Source of the DNA: Auanema rhodensis
Taxonomy: Eukaryota; Animalia; Nematoda
NCBI GenBank assembly: GCA_964057225.1
Contig: OZ059895.1
Span: forward strand, 14,694,001 to 14,758,000
DNA length: 64,000 nt
Direction of reading: 5' to 3'
Positions 12,148 to 24,786 of this stretch are shown in pieces. A program made the position numbers and the translations under genes. Numbering within the stretch: the stretch's first letter is position 1; every line of letters starts with the position of its first letter. A model generated the notes under the pieces. The model had not been told where the DNA came from and made no database searches. It worked only from the letters and a program-made list of their open reading frames with translations.

Positions 12148-14171
12148 ATGCGGCTAGCTAGACATGTATTACAAAACACGTCTAAAATTGAAAGCTCTTT
12201 CCGAAATTATCAAACGTCCACAAGCTTGTTAGTCAGGAAAAATAATGCCGCAGAAACCAAAGGTTTTAATTGTTTTTTTCTTTTTTGAAAACTGCTCTAG
12301 GTTTTGTGTTAAAAAAGTTGGTCAGGAAGGCATTGACCTTCTCTTCATTTTCAATAGTTTTACCCATTAAAAAGTGTCCCATCGATATTAATTCTTGATA
12401 ATCAGAAGAAGCAAGGTGTGGTAAATAGGTGTATACTTCAAGAGCTTATATCCTTTCTCCTCTTTCAACACACGCCTTAGTCCAGATGAGGCTGCGAATT
12501 ATCATGTAGAAGAAAGATTTTCTAGGGTTGCGTAGGCGTTTTAATGAAACACCGTTAAATTTGTTCAGAATAGAGCCTACTTTTTAACGTCTCATCTTAA
12601 TTCAACAATTTCCTAATAAAATATTCCTTTTTCATCCCAAAAACAACATAACATCACGTTTTCGGGGGTCAGTTTTTTGGTTTTAAATGTTAGAGGTACT
12701 GCTTCACCAGGAGTGTATAAAATTTGATATACAGGTACTATAAGAAGTAATATCTTTAACCAAAGTGGTTTGAAGAAGATTATGAGCTTTCAAATCAATC
12801 AAACCTTGATTGAAATACTGCTCGAAACAACGCATTTGATCATTGTAGAAAGCCATTTCAGAAAACGCGAGAAAAAGCAAAATTAAAAGATGAAAAATGG
12901 ATTTTTCAAAATTATTTCAATTAAAAACACTTTATCGAATATAATTATAATTATGATTTTGGTTTATGGCAATTTTTAATATTAAAATTTTTATTCAAAA
13001 TTTAATGCGGATGGCCAGAAACTTTTGCGAACACTTAATAAAATATGATATTTCACTATATATTCTATTGTAGAAAAGAAAATACCGGAAGGAGGAATAG
13101 GTTATGATGATGAACATCAAACAGTTTTAAAAGTTTGGTAAAGAATGACTTGAATACATTATAATAACATTTATATTCTTTAGTCAGCGATTTAATAGAG
13201 ATTTGCGATCTCTCAGTCGAGATAAACAGCCATTTGCTATTATTGAAAAAGGATTTATGGGTAAAGTGATGTCAACAGTAAGAATATGATTAGATTCGTT
13301 CATTCAATTTTTCGTTTTAGGCTGAGCTTCGTCCGGAGCGCGGCTTTGCGAACTTTGTTCCTATTGGCCTCATGTTTATCCGGCTATGGTATCGAAGGCT
13401 TCAGGTACTATTTTTCAATTACTATGTAGACATTTCAAACACACTCCACTTAAGGCTATTGGAAATTTCCAAGCTTTTAATCAGTCTGGTATATTCAATG
13501 AAGACGAAATTCGTTCGGGAACCAAGAAAGCTTTTGAGTTAATTACTCAAAGTGTTTATAAAGTAATTAATTTTTTTTGTCTAAAAATTTTCGAAGTATT
13601 CAGGGAAATCTAGAAGAACTCGTTTCTCGAGGTGTATGTAATGAAGAAACTGTTGAGCGTTTTCAAAAAGTTGCAGTTCACATGTCTCCTTAGTATGTCA
13701 AGATTATATTCAAAATTTCAAATTTATTGTTTTAGTCAAAAGGAACTTTTGAACATCAAAGAAGAAGATATTTATGCTATTGCACCTGGAGTATTTGGTT
13801 TGTTGTTATACAGTAGTATGATACCACGATATGTTTTTTAGGTCCTTACCAAATGATTCGACCACGACTTCATGAGAAAACTGCATACCTTACTAGGTCC
13901 CTTCTTTGCTGTGCCTTTTACAAGAAGGATGTGTTGTATAAAGCTGTAAGTAGGCTTATAGAAGTATTCAAATAATGCTTAAATTAAGGTTGAACATCTT
14001 CCATTGCTAGATAATGCTCAAGAAGGAGATTTGATTAAAATCCCGCAGTCATATGGATATGAGCACCCTCGCATAGTTATGGCCTATATTACATTCGGAA
14101 ATAAGTGTGTGACTCCAAAAGAAATAGATCAAGAAGTTAAACTTGTTAATTTTCAATTAATTGTCATGTAA
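12148..14171 (+). CDS. Probable mitochondrial protein, possibly MAIP1/Tim44-like
   Basis: ATG follows a TTTCAG acceptor; N-terminus MRLARHVLQNTSK... is basic and Ser-rich like a presequence. Exon 1 splices in frame to ...EKKIPEGGIG. The segment FNEDEIRSGTKKAFELITQSVYKGNLEEL resembles Tim44-like domains; the family call is tentative. Confidence 0.6.
12270..13040 (-). mobile_element. Degenerate, internally deleted mariner (DD34D) transposon in intron 1 of the host gene
   Basis: Broken reading frames TPGEAVPLTFKTKKLTPENVMLCCFWDEKGIFY, LLHDNSQPH and YLPHLASSDYQELISMGHFLMGKTIENEEKVNAFLTNFFNTKP match mariner motifs (KVMLCVWW, HDNA.PH, YSPDLAPSDY). One TIR-like end, TATTAAGTGTTCGCAAAAGT, at ~13021-13040. 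Confidence 0.85.
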
Positions 14172-14287
14172 ATGTACGTTAGACATAGTTTTCATTGGGC
14201 AGCAGATATTAATTTCAGAGAGGAATAATTTATTTTTTCAAAAAAAAAACTGTACTTCTTCTTAGAAGATAGTTAATATAAAGTACT

Positions 14288-16395
14288 TTACAAGCTTGTT
14301 ATCATTACTAATGCTAAAAGAACTAAAGCAAAGTCCAAATTATAGAAGGTTAAAAACTCATGCTGCTGAGCAGCTTTCAAGGTAAAGTACTTTGAGTCAC
14401 TTGTTGCCAACTTAAGAGCGTACGCGAGAGGCCAGAATGGCTTCTCAGTTTGCTTATCTGTGAGCATTGCAGACAGTTTCCTGGCATTTTGAGTGTACCT
14501 GTAAAAGGTATTGTGATGTATTTAAAACTTCAAAGAACTTACACTGGATCTTCTAGAACTGATGAAATAGCACCATAGACATTTTCCGGTGTCAAGTTTA
14601 GTTTATCTAAAACTTGAGCTATTCCGTATCGTGTTGCTCTCATCGCATTAATTTTTTGATCTGCGAAAAGTGGCATAAGAACAGCAGGTACTCCAGCCTT
14701 AAAGAGAAATGTAAAGATTAAGTTTGCAAACACTAACTTGTGCTGTTTCTAGAAGTGAGTTGTAACCTCCGTGAGCAATTAGTAACTTCATACGAGAATC
14801 TCCTAATAATAAGATCTTACAACTTGAAACTTTGTACGAATGCTTACTCATAATATCCTTTTGGGGAAGCCATTTTAATAAATGTACATTTTTTAAATTT
14901 TTTGCTTCTTTAACGGATTTTTCCATTCTCCACAGAATAGTATAGTCGGTAAGTTTTGAGAAAGCACCAACGAACGAGTTCTGAAATTTCATTTTGATTT
15001 TTAGAAACAAGAATCATGATTACAATCATTTGTTGAGGCATGTTTGTTGTATTAGAAACAGTTCCTAAGGAAAAAACAATGATTCCTTTGGAAGGACGTC
15101 CGGCAAGAATTCCTTCAATCTCATCGCCAAGGTTCATTTTATTTGATTTACTTGCTGCAACTTTGATATGATTTCTTTTCTATTATTAATTCTTACGATT
15201 GCTTTTCACACCGAGTTCCCCAGAGAATGAAATATGGAGAGGAGCTGGTCTAGGAAAATCAAGCATACGTTCACCGTTGATAAGTAGTGCTGATACATCT
15301 TTCGAGAGGTCCCAGAGATCTGGTTCTTCGGACCCGATAAGACCTACAGTACCGATAATGGATTATCAGTGAACGACTATTACCTCGATAGAATTCGTTC
15401 TCATCATGAAGCAGATTCTGGGGAAGATTAACAAAGTCCAATAAAGACAAATGCCATAATAAGTTATAAATACGATCAGAAAAGCTCAAGGAATAGCCGG
15501 CTGATCAGAAAAAATAGATTAATCTGATATTGAGAGACTTACATGATGAAAGAGGGTGAGGTACGCTAGCAGGCAGAGTCCTTAATCCTAAACTAACAGC
15601 AGCAAAGTCGTAAATTGATGTTCCGTGGGTGATCCAAATAACCTACAATTAGATAATTCTTGTGTAAATGATGATTGTTCATTATTGAAATACCTTCTTC
15701 ACTCCCATTTTTCTAGCAATAGCCAAAGGACAAAGATCGTGAAAATGAGCAATAGCTACATCAAACTTTTGATTTGTAAACTCAGCATAAACCTTAAAAC
15801 CTTTTTGTTTCTGGAAAAATTATGTAGAATTTATCCACCTCTTTATCATGGTTCAGCATCTGTTCGCAAGCTTCAACTCTCATATCTTTGAATTCTTGGC
15901 CAGTCCACCAAAGGTCGTAAGCATCACCAGCCGAGAACATCATTGATTGAAATACCTGAAGGAGATGAAATATGCTTCTGACAAGTCTTAATTCATAGCA
16001 TTTTACCTTCAGGCCTTCTGTTTTCAAACTATCAGTGAAATGTATGGGAATTCTATGTTCAGTTACTCCTTGTGGTAGTTTGTTATTACCCGTATCAAGC
16101 ATGGCCATTTCCATTTGTGTCCACATTTTGACTTCATGACCAAGAGACCTATAGAAAACAAGTATTTTCTTTTCAGAATACATACATCTCAATATTGGTT
16201 ATGATAACCGAACAAACTCTAATCTGGCTAATATATGCTGAGAAAATATGAAACTTACTTCAGCGAGCTTGCCAGACGGTAATTGAACAACACGTGGCTA
16301 TTAGTAAATCCAGGTACAATTTGTAAAATTTTCAACCCAGAACATAGGGTTAAACATATTGAAAATGCTACAAAGCATAAAGTCAAACGACCCAT
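14288..16395 (-). CDS. UDP-glucuronosyl/glycosyltransferase (ugt-60-like)
   Basis: Signal peptide, then LKILQIVPGFTNSHVLFNY; UGT signature KWLPQKDIM...LIAHGGYNSLLETAQAGVPAVLMPLFADQ; C-terminal TM helix. Confidence 0.93.
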
Positions 16396-16741
16396 TGCGT
16401 TCGAGTAGCTAAGCTAAAGAGAAATGCTTTAAAGCTTTCATATTAGAGAGATACATTACTAAATTGAGAATTTTACACGGTACGAAAACAAGGTACGAAG
16501 ATGTAAGATAGATTTCCGTGGAATCAAGTAATGTATTTTGCAAGAGCAAGTTATTCGATACGAAAAGAAGAATAACCGCCAAAAGGTCAACTTTCACATC
16601 ATTGATCGTAGTTGATATCATCCATTTTTCCAATTTTGAACACACGTTGTGTAATGAAAAAGTCATCGGAAACTTTATTGGTTTATGAAAGTTTTAACAT
16701 GAATAAGAAAAAACAATAATCAAAAAAAACACGGAATGTAT

Positions 16742-19700
16742 TTAAGACTTTTGTCGCTTTCTGGCTAATTCGTTTTCCTGAAAAATTTTTTGAAATTTTT
16801 AGAAAATGTCAACTAAAATCTCTTACCGATCCGAATTCATAATAATGTGGGGCTAGTTCATACAGCCATTCCGGTTGAATCACAGAAATATCTCTAATAG
16901 AGTCTTGCATGACTTCCGAGAATATAACCCTGTAAGCATAGCAAGATAGCATAGCATGATGTGTTCAAATGATAATACCATTTTGGATAATCTTTTTTGT
17001 ACATAACAACTGATCCTTTATAAACTAGGAAAGGAAACCGTTCTTTAACCGTGACATATTTTCCGGTATGATCATATTGAGCAGCTTGCGAGAAGAACCC
17101 ATGTACTAAGCATCTAAGAATCGTCTTTGTTGCTGCTGAAAGCAGATAGAGCCATAGTCATTTACTATGTGAATGTATTGTAAAGTTACCATCGTCGTCT
17201 CGAACTGAACGAAGAGGAATTTCAAATCTCTTCATAAGTCGTTGCAGTTGAGTTCGAATGTTATCCGCTCTCATAAGTCCTCTGTAGTTAAGGAAGTGAT
17301 CACTACACCATTTTTTACTTTTATTGTTCTGAAGTGGGTATTGATAGTTAGAAGTTAAGAAACAGAGATAATATTTACTTGAATGAAAAGGGAGAAGACG
17401 TTGAGATAGGTTAGATGATCACCTTCTTCGACAGCAAATCTACGCTTAAGTTTTTCCTTAAAATCCAAAATTCATTACAACATCAAGACATTAAAACTGA
17501 TTTTTTGAAGCATTTTATGCTCATGAGGTCATTTTAAATGCTAACTCAAGCAAAAGCGGTTGTGCCTCAATTTTTACAAAGCCAAACTTATGATTTGTTT
17601 TAGAAAAGGTGCGATTCGTCAAAGAAAAAAAGAAATAAAAAGAGTGAGCTTACAGCATGGTGCCGATTCCTGGGAACAATGAACAAATCTTGGATTTGTA
17701 ACATCGCAATGATTGTTAGCATTTCTTCACTACAACCCATTTTACCTATATAACTATTTAGTTGAATCATAATTTTGCTAAATTATGTACCAGACATTAG
17801 AAGACACTTAGCATGCATAGGAGGTAAAGGAAATTCGGCCATTTTCAAGCCCACAGGATTGGTGAGAAGAGCACTAAAGAATACATTAAGTAATGTTAAA
17901 AGCATTAAAACATACTTTTTGTCCAAAGCGCCTAAAGCATACAACAGTTCCAATCCACTAACCACAGACCAGGAAGGTGGACGCTGAACATATATAATAA
18001 CGTTTTCAGTCCCATTTATTCACTTACAGATAAATAATAAAACTTGTGGATATTTTGAATTCCTAAAACTTTAAGTTGGAGAATTACAGGAGCAAGCTGA
18101 CAGCGTTGAATTTCTGGTATTGTTCCTTCCAGCATCTTATCATGTTCCGATACTTCAAAACTCATTGTGCTTGAGAAACTTGAATGTAACTTACAAGGAT
18201 AAAGTCGGTAAGTTTTTCCTGGACGAATTCTACCAGCTCTACCAGCTCTTTGCTCAGCGGAAGCTTTCGAAATGGGTACTCTCATTAAGCATTCAATACC
18301 GTTATCTTCATTAACTGCTCTTATTTTAACAAATCCAGTATCAATGACTGAAAAACTTTTTAAGATTTTTAAATTGCATGAAAACTTCTAACCATAAGCA
18401 ATTCCAGGAATTGTAACAGAAGCTTCAGCAATATTGGTGGCCACTACCACTTTTCTTGTTCCATGAGCAGTAGAATCAAAAGCTTTCATCTAATTTTAAA
18501 AGTTCAAATATACATTTACCGAGCATGCAGCTATTGTACTATACCTGTTCACGTCCTGGAAGAGCTCCATAACATGGAACAATCCAAAGTTTATCACAAT
18601 TCTTCAATCGTGGCACATGTTCTCTTAGCTTCTGACAAACTTCTTCGACTTCATCTTGTCCCGATAGGAACACTAATATATCTCCTGGTAGCTCTTTCTT
18701 ATGAATATTTATAACTGTATCAGCACATGCTTGAACATAATTCGGAAGTGATCTAAACAAAGCAGATATATGATTATTCACAAACTAAACCCACGTTCGG
18801 GTATGATATATTGTTACAGGATGGGTTCTACCCTCTACAGAGATAATACTTGCAGTATCTTTCTCAGGATCATTCGTTTCATTCATCTCAAAGAAATCAC
18901 GGAACAGCTGGAATATTTATATTTTAAGTCAGGCACAATCTAAAATATAAACCTCCGCATCTAGGGTTGCAGATGATACAATGATTCTAAGATCTGATCG
19001 AACTTGCATAACTTTACGAAGAAGTCCTATCAAGATATCAGTATTGCATGATCGCTCATGAGCTTCATCAACCATAATAATACTAAAACAACAAATTACA
19101 AAACATACAGAATATAACTAATTAGTGTACCTGTATTTTGACAAAAGAGGATCAATAAGGAATTCTCGTAGAAGAATACCATCGGTCATAAACTTTAAAA
19201 AAAATTGAAAATTAATATTTGAATAACATTTTACCTTAATTTTAGTATCTTTGTCTGAAAGATCATCGAATCGAACAGTATACCCAACGTCTTCTCCTAG
19301 TTTGACATCTTTTTCTTCAGCTACACGAGCTGCTAGCTTAAATTTTACGATGAATTCCGATTCATTCTATTTGAATAAACTTACTGTTACTGCAGCAACA
19401 CGACGAGGTTCTGTAACTGCTATTACTCTACCATCTTTACACCATCCAGCTTCCAAGAGAAATTGAGGAACCTAAAAACATATTAATGAAATTATTTTAA
19501 TTATTTTTTTAAATTCACCTGTGTACTTTTACCACAGCCAGTTTCTCCCACAATAATAACTGTTCTATACCTCTCGCACATATAAATTATATGATTTCTA
19601 TTCTATAAATAAACGTGTAATGAATAAATTACTGAGCATTTTTTTAAACCTTAAAGATGGGCAGACGAGCTCTCTGTGACTGTATGTTAAGGGAGGCATA

Positions 19701-19935
19701 AGGATTATTGAAAACCGATAAGGGTTCACCTCCTGATGTACTTGGCTGTTCAGAAGGTCTTTCCTCAAAAACTAACGGACCAGATCGCACATGATCCGCA
19801 GAATCATCTGTATGATATAGATTTTGTTTTCAATATATAAAACCATGTATTCCAACCTGGCTTGGCGAATCGAAACTGCTTTCTATGTCTGCCTCCACTT
19901 TCCTCATGTCCGTGGCCAGGATGATATCTGGACAT
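16742..19935 (-). CDS. ddx-35: DEAH-box RNA helicase DHX35
   Basis: [54 protein letters not shown] and an HA2 region. The short N-terminus and the IAEASVT variant fit DHX35. Confidence 0.88.
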
Positions 19936-20264
19936 GGTGCTTCACAAATATATTTATTATTTTAATGAAGAAGCTTTTCGAAACACTCCAGCTTAGCACT
20001 GAAAATCTAGTCTTAACATTAAGAAAATTCGAAAATACACGGTTACTGTAGCGACATCAGTCGCAATTAGAATTACGTACTGTGCTATTTTCTTCTGACT
20101 AATCTGAAAATGAAGGCTTTATTTAAGAATATAATTGTTGGTTCTCTTTTCTGAATGGTTTTTAGTTTTAAAAACTTCATCGATTATACAAACTTGCTTC
20201 AACACGTTGGAATATATTTTATATGTCATTTTCTCTTTCAGATAGGTAACAGAAGGGGAGGGAT

Positions 20265-21649
20265 ATGATTCTACTTGAACAACAGAACAGAATCATTGCT
20301 GAATTATTGGAATTGAAATTCAATAATGCTTTAGAAGGGTAAGATTTAAAATATTTTATCAGTTTTTTAATTGTATAACTGATTATTTATGTTTTACTGT
20401 TGCTTTAGGGGGAAACCTGATGTTGTTGATACAAGATTTGCTGACTTTGATGGTGTGTTGTATCATTTGTCCAATCCCGGAAATGACAGAACAAAAATTA
20501 TGGTTTGTTTATCATAACCTATTCTTTGAATAACTGTTTATTTATTTTGTTTTAGCTTAGTATCTCTCTTAAATTCTATAAAGAACTTCAAGAACATGGT
20601 GCTGATGATGTATGTTTGATTATACGTTTTATTTTACAATTCAAAGAAATTTAGTTGATCAAAAGAGAATACGCTGAACGATTAGTTTCTCCTGAACCAG
20701 GATTCAGTATTTCAATCGTGTATGATTTGACTACCCTTCCTAATGACCCTGTTGCTATATCTACTTTGAGTAAGGATTTCGTTTAGTAACTCGCTAATCT
20801 TTTTACGTTACAGTTTCCAAAGCTTCTGCATTAAAAAGAAACTGTTTTGCTTCAGTTTTTGAAAAATACTTTGAATTCCAAAAAGCAAGCCTTGAAGGAC
20901 AGAAACGAGCTGTGATAAACTATCGTGACGACGAGACAATGTACGTTTTGTTTGTTTTTCTGTGACCTATGTTATGATCCTATGAGACAACAATATAAAA
21001 AATATTCCTATTTCCCTTTTAAGGTATATTGAAGCCAAAAGTGATCGCGTCACTGTTATCTTCAGTACAACATTCAAGGAAAAAGATGATATCATCATCG
21101 GAAAAGTTTTCTTACAGGTTCTTTTTATTTTTAGTGATTTTCATTGATAATTAATTTTCAGGAGTTTTGTGAAGGTCGTAGAGCTAGTCAAACTGCTCCA
21201 GCTGTTTTATATACAATTGGAGAACCTCCACTGGAGCTTCGTGATCAACCTGGTGCCAAGACTGGAAAAAATGTTGGATACATTACTTTTGGTGAGACTA
21301 TTAGCATATCTGTCTTTATTTTTAATTCAAACTCACAGTGTTATTCCCCCGTCATACGAATGAGGGAGCAAAGAATAATACAATTGACCTGATACACTCA
21401 TTCAGAGATTACTTACATTATCATATCAAGTGCTCCAAGGTTTGTTGTAAGATTTAAACTTTTACTAGTTCATTCTTTCAGGTCTACATGCATTCAAGGA
21501 TGAGAAATAAGACGAGTGACTTCCTTAAGGTGCTCAATCGTGCCAAGCCCGAAATCAAGACCGAAAGAAAGACTTTCAGGTGAGTTCAATTCAATTTTCA
21601 AAGATATTTACAATCAATGTTCAGTGGCCGCACATTCCAAACAAATTGA
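20265..21649 (+). CDS. arx-4: Arp2/3 complex subunit ARPC2 (p34-Arc)
   Basis: [11 protein letters not shown]...[13 protein letters not shown]...[18 protein letters not shown]...LNRAKPE. Confidence 0.96.
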
Positions 21650-21889
21650 CCTATTTATTGCTACATGGACCAGGCTTCACTTACTCCAAGCACGTATTTC
21701 TACGCTTTAATACAATGTAATTTCGATGTTTTATTACCAATAAATTATTTTATGAATAAAAAAAGTGAAAATAATGTACAAACTATCGTACACATCATGG
21801 TCATAACCCTTTGATATCGTTAAGTGAACTGAGATACTTGAGAAACAATAGACACGTATAACCATCCAACAAGTAACAAATTAGAGATA

Positions 21890-22711
21890 TTATTTGGATG
21901 ACATCAAAGCTTTCGTTCCAATTATAGCACCAACACCAACAATAGCTGCGCCTATAATTATACTCCAACGCCTGCTTTTTCGATTCCTTTCTGCTTGAGC
22001 TTTATCATCTCGTTTAGTAATATCTGAGGCCATATTCATAAATTGAGCCTATAAGAAATAATGATATGACCGAAGCTCGAAATCATCTTGTCCTACCCAA
22101 CTTCTGCAATCTATTGGCCACGTTAATTTAATCCTAGAGTCAACGAATCTTGATGTGTACAAAGCAATCTGTTGAACTTCTTTGCGCATTCCATGAGCCA
22201 TCATACGAGCAACAACTACACCTCCAAAAGCCATTATACCAACTAATCGTCCATATGACATTTCACGAGCTTCTTCATTCTCTACTCGACCAAATTCCTC
22301 GAGAATCTTAGGCAGAAAATTTTAGTTGAAAGCGGGTATACAGGAAAACTTACATCGCAGTATCGGGCAAATGATAAGTTTTCATCTTCGAGAAGCTCGT
22401 TCGCGAAATCATTGAGTTCCTTGACATTACGTTCAAAAATAGAAGCAAGTCTTCTTAAATCAGATGAAGAATGTTATAGTTCTTGAATATAATGAATGAA
22501 CCTCATGGCTAAGTGTTCGGGTTGGACTCCATATGGTAATTCTGGTCGTTCATGCCATTCTAATTTGTCCTTTTCAATTCTCCATGAGAAATAATCGACC
22601 TAGGAAACAGTAGATGAGATAACTGTTTAATATTTCGAAACATACCACAAATCCCTTAACCTCCAGCCTTAACGATTGAAAGTCAAATTCGTGCATACTT
22701 GGCAGATCCAT
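21890..22711 (-). CDS. ced-9: Bcl-2 family apoptosis regulator CED-9 (~210 aa)
   Basis: BH4-like VKGFVVDYFSWRI, LPYGVQPEH, BH1 MSYGRLVGIMAFGG, BH2 RSWAQFM and a C-terminal TM anchor; directly downstream of mev-1. Confidence 0.93.
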
Positions 22712-22904
22712 CTTTTTTGAAGCAAGGCAGCCTAAAAATTTTTTTTATTATCATCTCTATATTTTAATACACAAAACGAAAAGACGAGAACAAAATAGAA
22801 GAAAGAAACCGGAGCAAATTAGCGGCTAAAAAAACAAAGCACTAAGGAAAATATGAAACGATTTTATGAACGCAATCTATAGTAATCTATTTAATATAGT
22901 GTAT

Positions 22905-23624
22905 TTATTCCTTCTTGTTGGAGCATGCGTTAATAACGACAAATAGGGCAATGATGGTAGAGAGTCCGAGCACAAGATATCCACTCTTGTAAACCTGGAA
23001 ACACAATGTGAAATCTTCGACAACTAGAAAAACAAACCTGTCCGATGTTGTCAACTCCCTTAGCCAAGTCAAATCCAAGGAATCGAATTCCGTTTAAGGT
23101 GTGGAAGATGATTGGGAAAGCAATGATGAACTATAAGAAAATTTTGATAAAATGTATAACTTATCTAGTAAACCTTGAAAGCAGCTGTTACAGCGCATGG
23201 AAGACCAAGCCCGCGGATGAAGTCAACGAAAGTGGTGAAATCAAGGGGGAGAACGGCGAATCCAACTCCACCGACTAAGAGGGTTCCAGCCATAATGCAT
23301 CCAGAAATACGATGAGCACCGGACACCTTTAAAACATAATGCAAGTAGAAAAAATGGCGTCAGTGAATATATTACCACCCAGGTCAGCTGAGGTTGGTAA
23401 ATGCTGAGATGAGGAGAAATTGGGCGTGAAAGTGCTTTTTGACGCTGCAAATATTCCCATCCCCACTGTTGGATTGGAGTTTTAACCTTAACAAAAATTA
23501 AAAGCTAATACTTCAATAGAATATATAGTCTTACATCCTCACAGCGAGTAGCACTGGTGCTCAAATAGCGAACCAACATGGTGCTGTGAGAAGCTCTCAA
23601 TGCAACAGTGGAAGGTACCAACAT
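22905..23624 (-). CDS. mev-1: Succinate dehydrogenase cytochrome b560 subunit (SDHC)
   Basis: KTPIQQWGWEYLQRQKALSRPISPHLSIYQPQLTW, GAHRISGC and FHTLNGIRFLGFDLAKG. Confidence 0.96.
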
Positions 23625-24038
23625 TTTCTTCAATTATTCAATATTAAATTATGTAAACTTCGAATTAAATATTTTTTAAAAATAAAATTGAAAAAGTAAA
23701 CAATGTTTCTATTGTTAGAATCAACTCCAAGCGTACAACATAACGATCGTTGCGCAATTCTAGTGCGCACCAGAAACGCGTCAGTTTCCGTTTACAACAA
23801 AAGCGCACAAAGTAACTGATATGTTAAAACTTATACTATTGTATTTAATTGTGAATAATTTACATAACATTGTATTTAATTACAAAAAATTTATTAGAAT
23901 AGAATATAAAACATTCATAATAGATAATTAAAGATCATGATTAGACATAAGTGCACTAAGGCATCCCGTATGTGAACCACCCTGAGCGTAGCAATCTACA
24001 ACTTTGTACAAACTATTATAATACACAAATTCGACAAG

Positions 24039-24511
24039 TTAAAGTAGCTTTGTTTTTTCCTGAAATGTGATGCTTCGCTGTGGAGTAAATGTACCATTAT
24101 TCAGTGCAACATAATTTTGGGCATTATCCTGATTACTTTTAATTTCTCGCATAACGTCTGCAGAATAAAATGATTACTATTATAAAAATATTATATAACT
24201 TACTGAATAGTGCTCTTATTTTCATATATATTATATATGAAATTGAAGCACAGACTGTACAGAAGATCATACATGGAATTAACCACGATAAACAGATAAT
24301 TATGGCTGTCACTATAATTAAATTCATAAAGAAATGAATTAGCAGAATTTTCTTTACATTCTATTATTAGTGCGGTACCGAAATTTATGATTGTGCAAAA
24401 AAACACGACTGATAAGGTAATTGTTACTGGAATCACATTGAAGGCAAAAACCCAAGACAGGAGCAACGGATGGTCTCGAGTTAAGTCCACCAAAACTTCG
24501 TAGATGGACAT
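24039..24511 (-). CDS. Small hydrophobic protein, promethin/LDAF1 (TMEM159)-like
   Basis: Three exons splice in frame. DHPLL...F.VIPV...ALIIE followed by further hydrophobic helices matches the promethin pattern as recalled. Confidence 0.6.
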
Positions 24512-24786
24512 CTAGAAGGTTTCCTATTACTAAATTTAAACTTGGTATACTAGTACTCAATTTTTCAATGACTTCAACTTTGTGAGATAACAAGTTTAAC
24601 CAACAAGGAGAACTTGAGAAAACTATATGTTGCTCTATGGTTAACTTACAGGCAGTCCTTTAAATTCTTTTGATTGACAGTGAACTGTTCTGATTGCCTC
24701 ATCAGAGGCTTTTCTCCACGTCTCTTTCTTCTATATAAAATGCTATTAAGTTTTTCAAGTCTTGACAATAGTTATTTTTAGTGGAT

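Noticed and set aside
12590-12856. Small nested antisense gene (MAFYNDQMRC...)
   Set aside because: Better explained as decayed mariner transposase sequence.
17458-17652. Intronic snoRNA in the long DHX35 intron
   Set aside because: One imperfect hairpin but no convincing C/D or H/ACA boxes on the sense strand.
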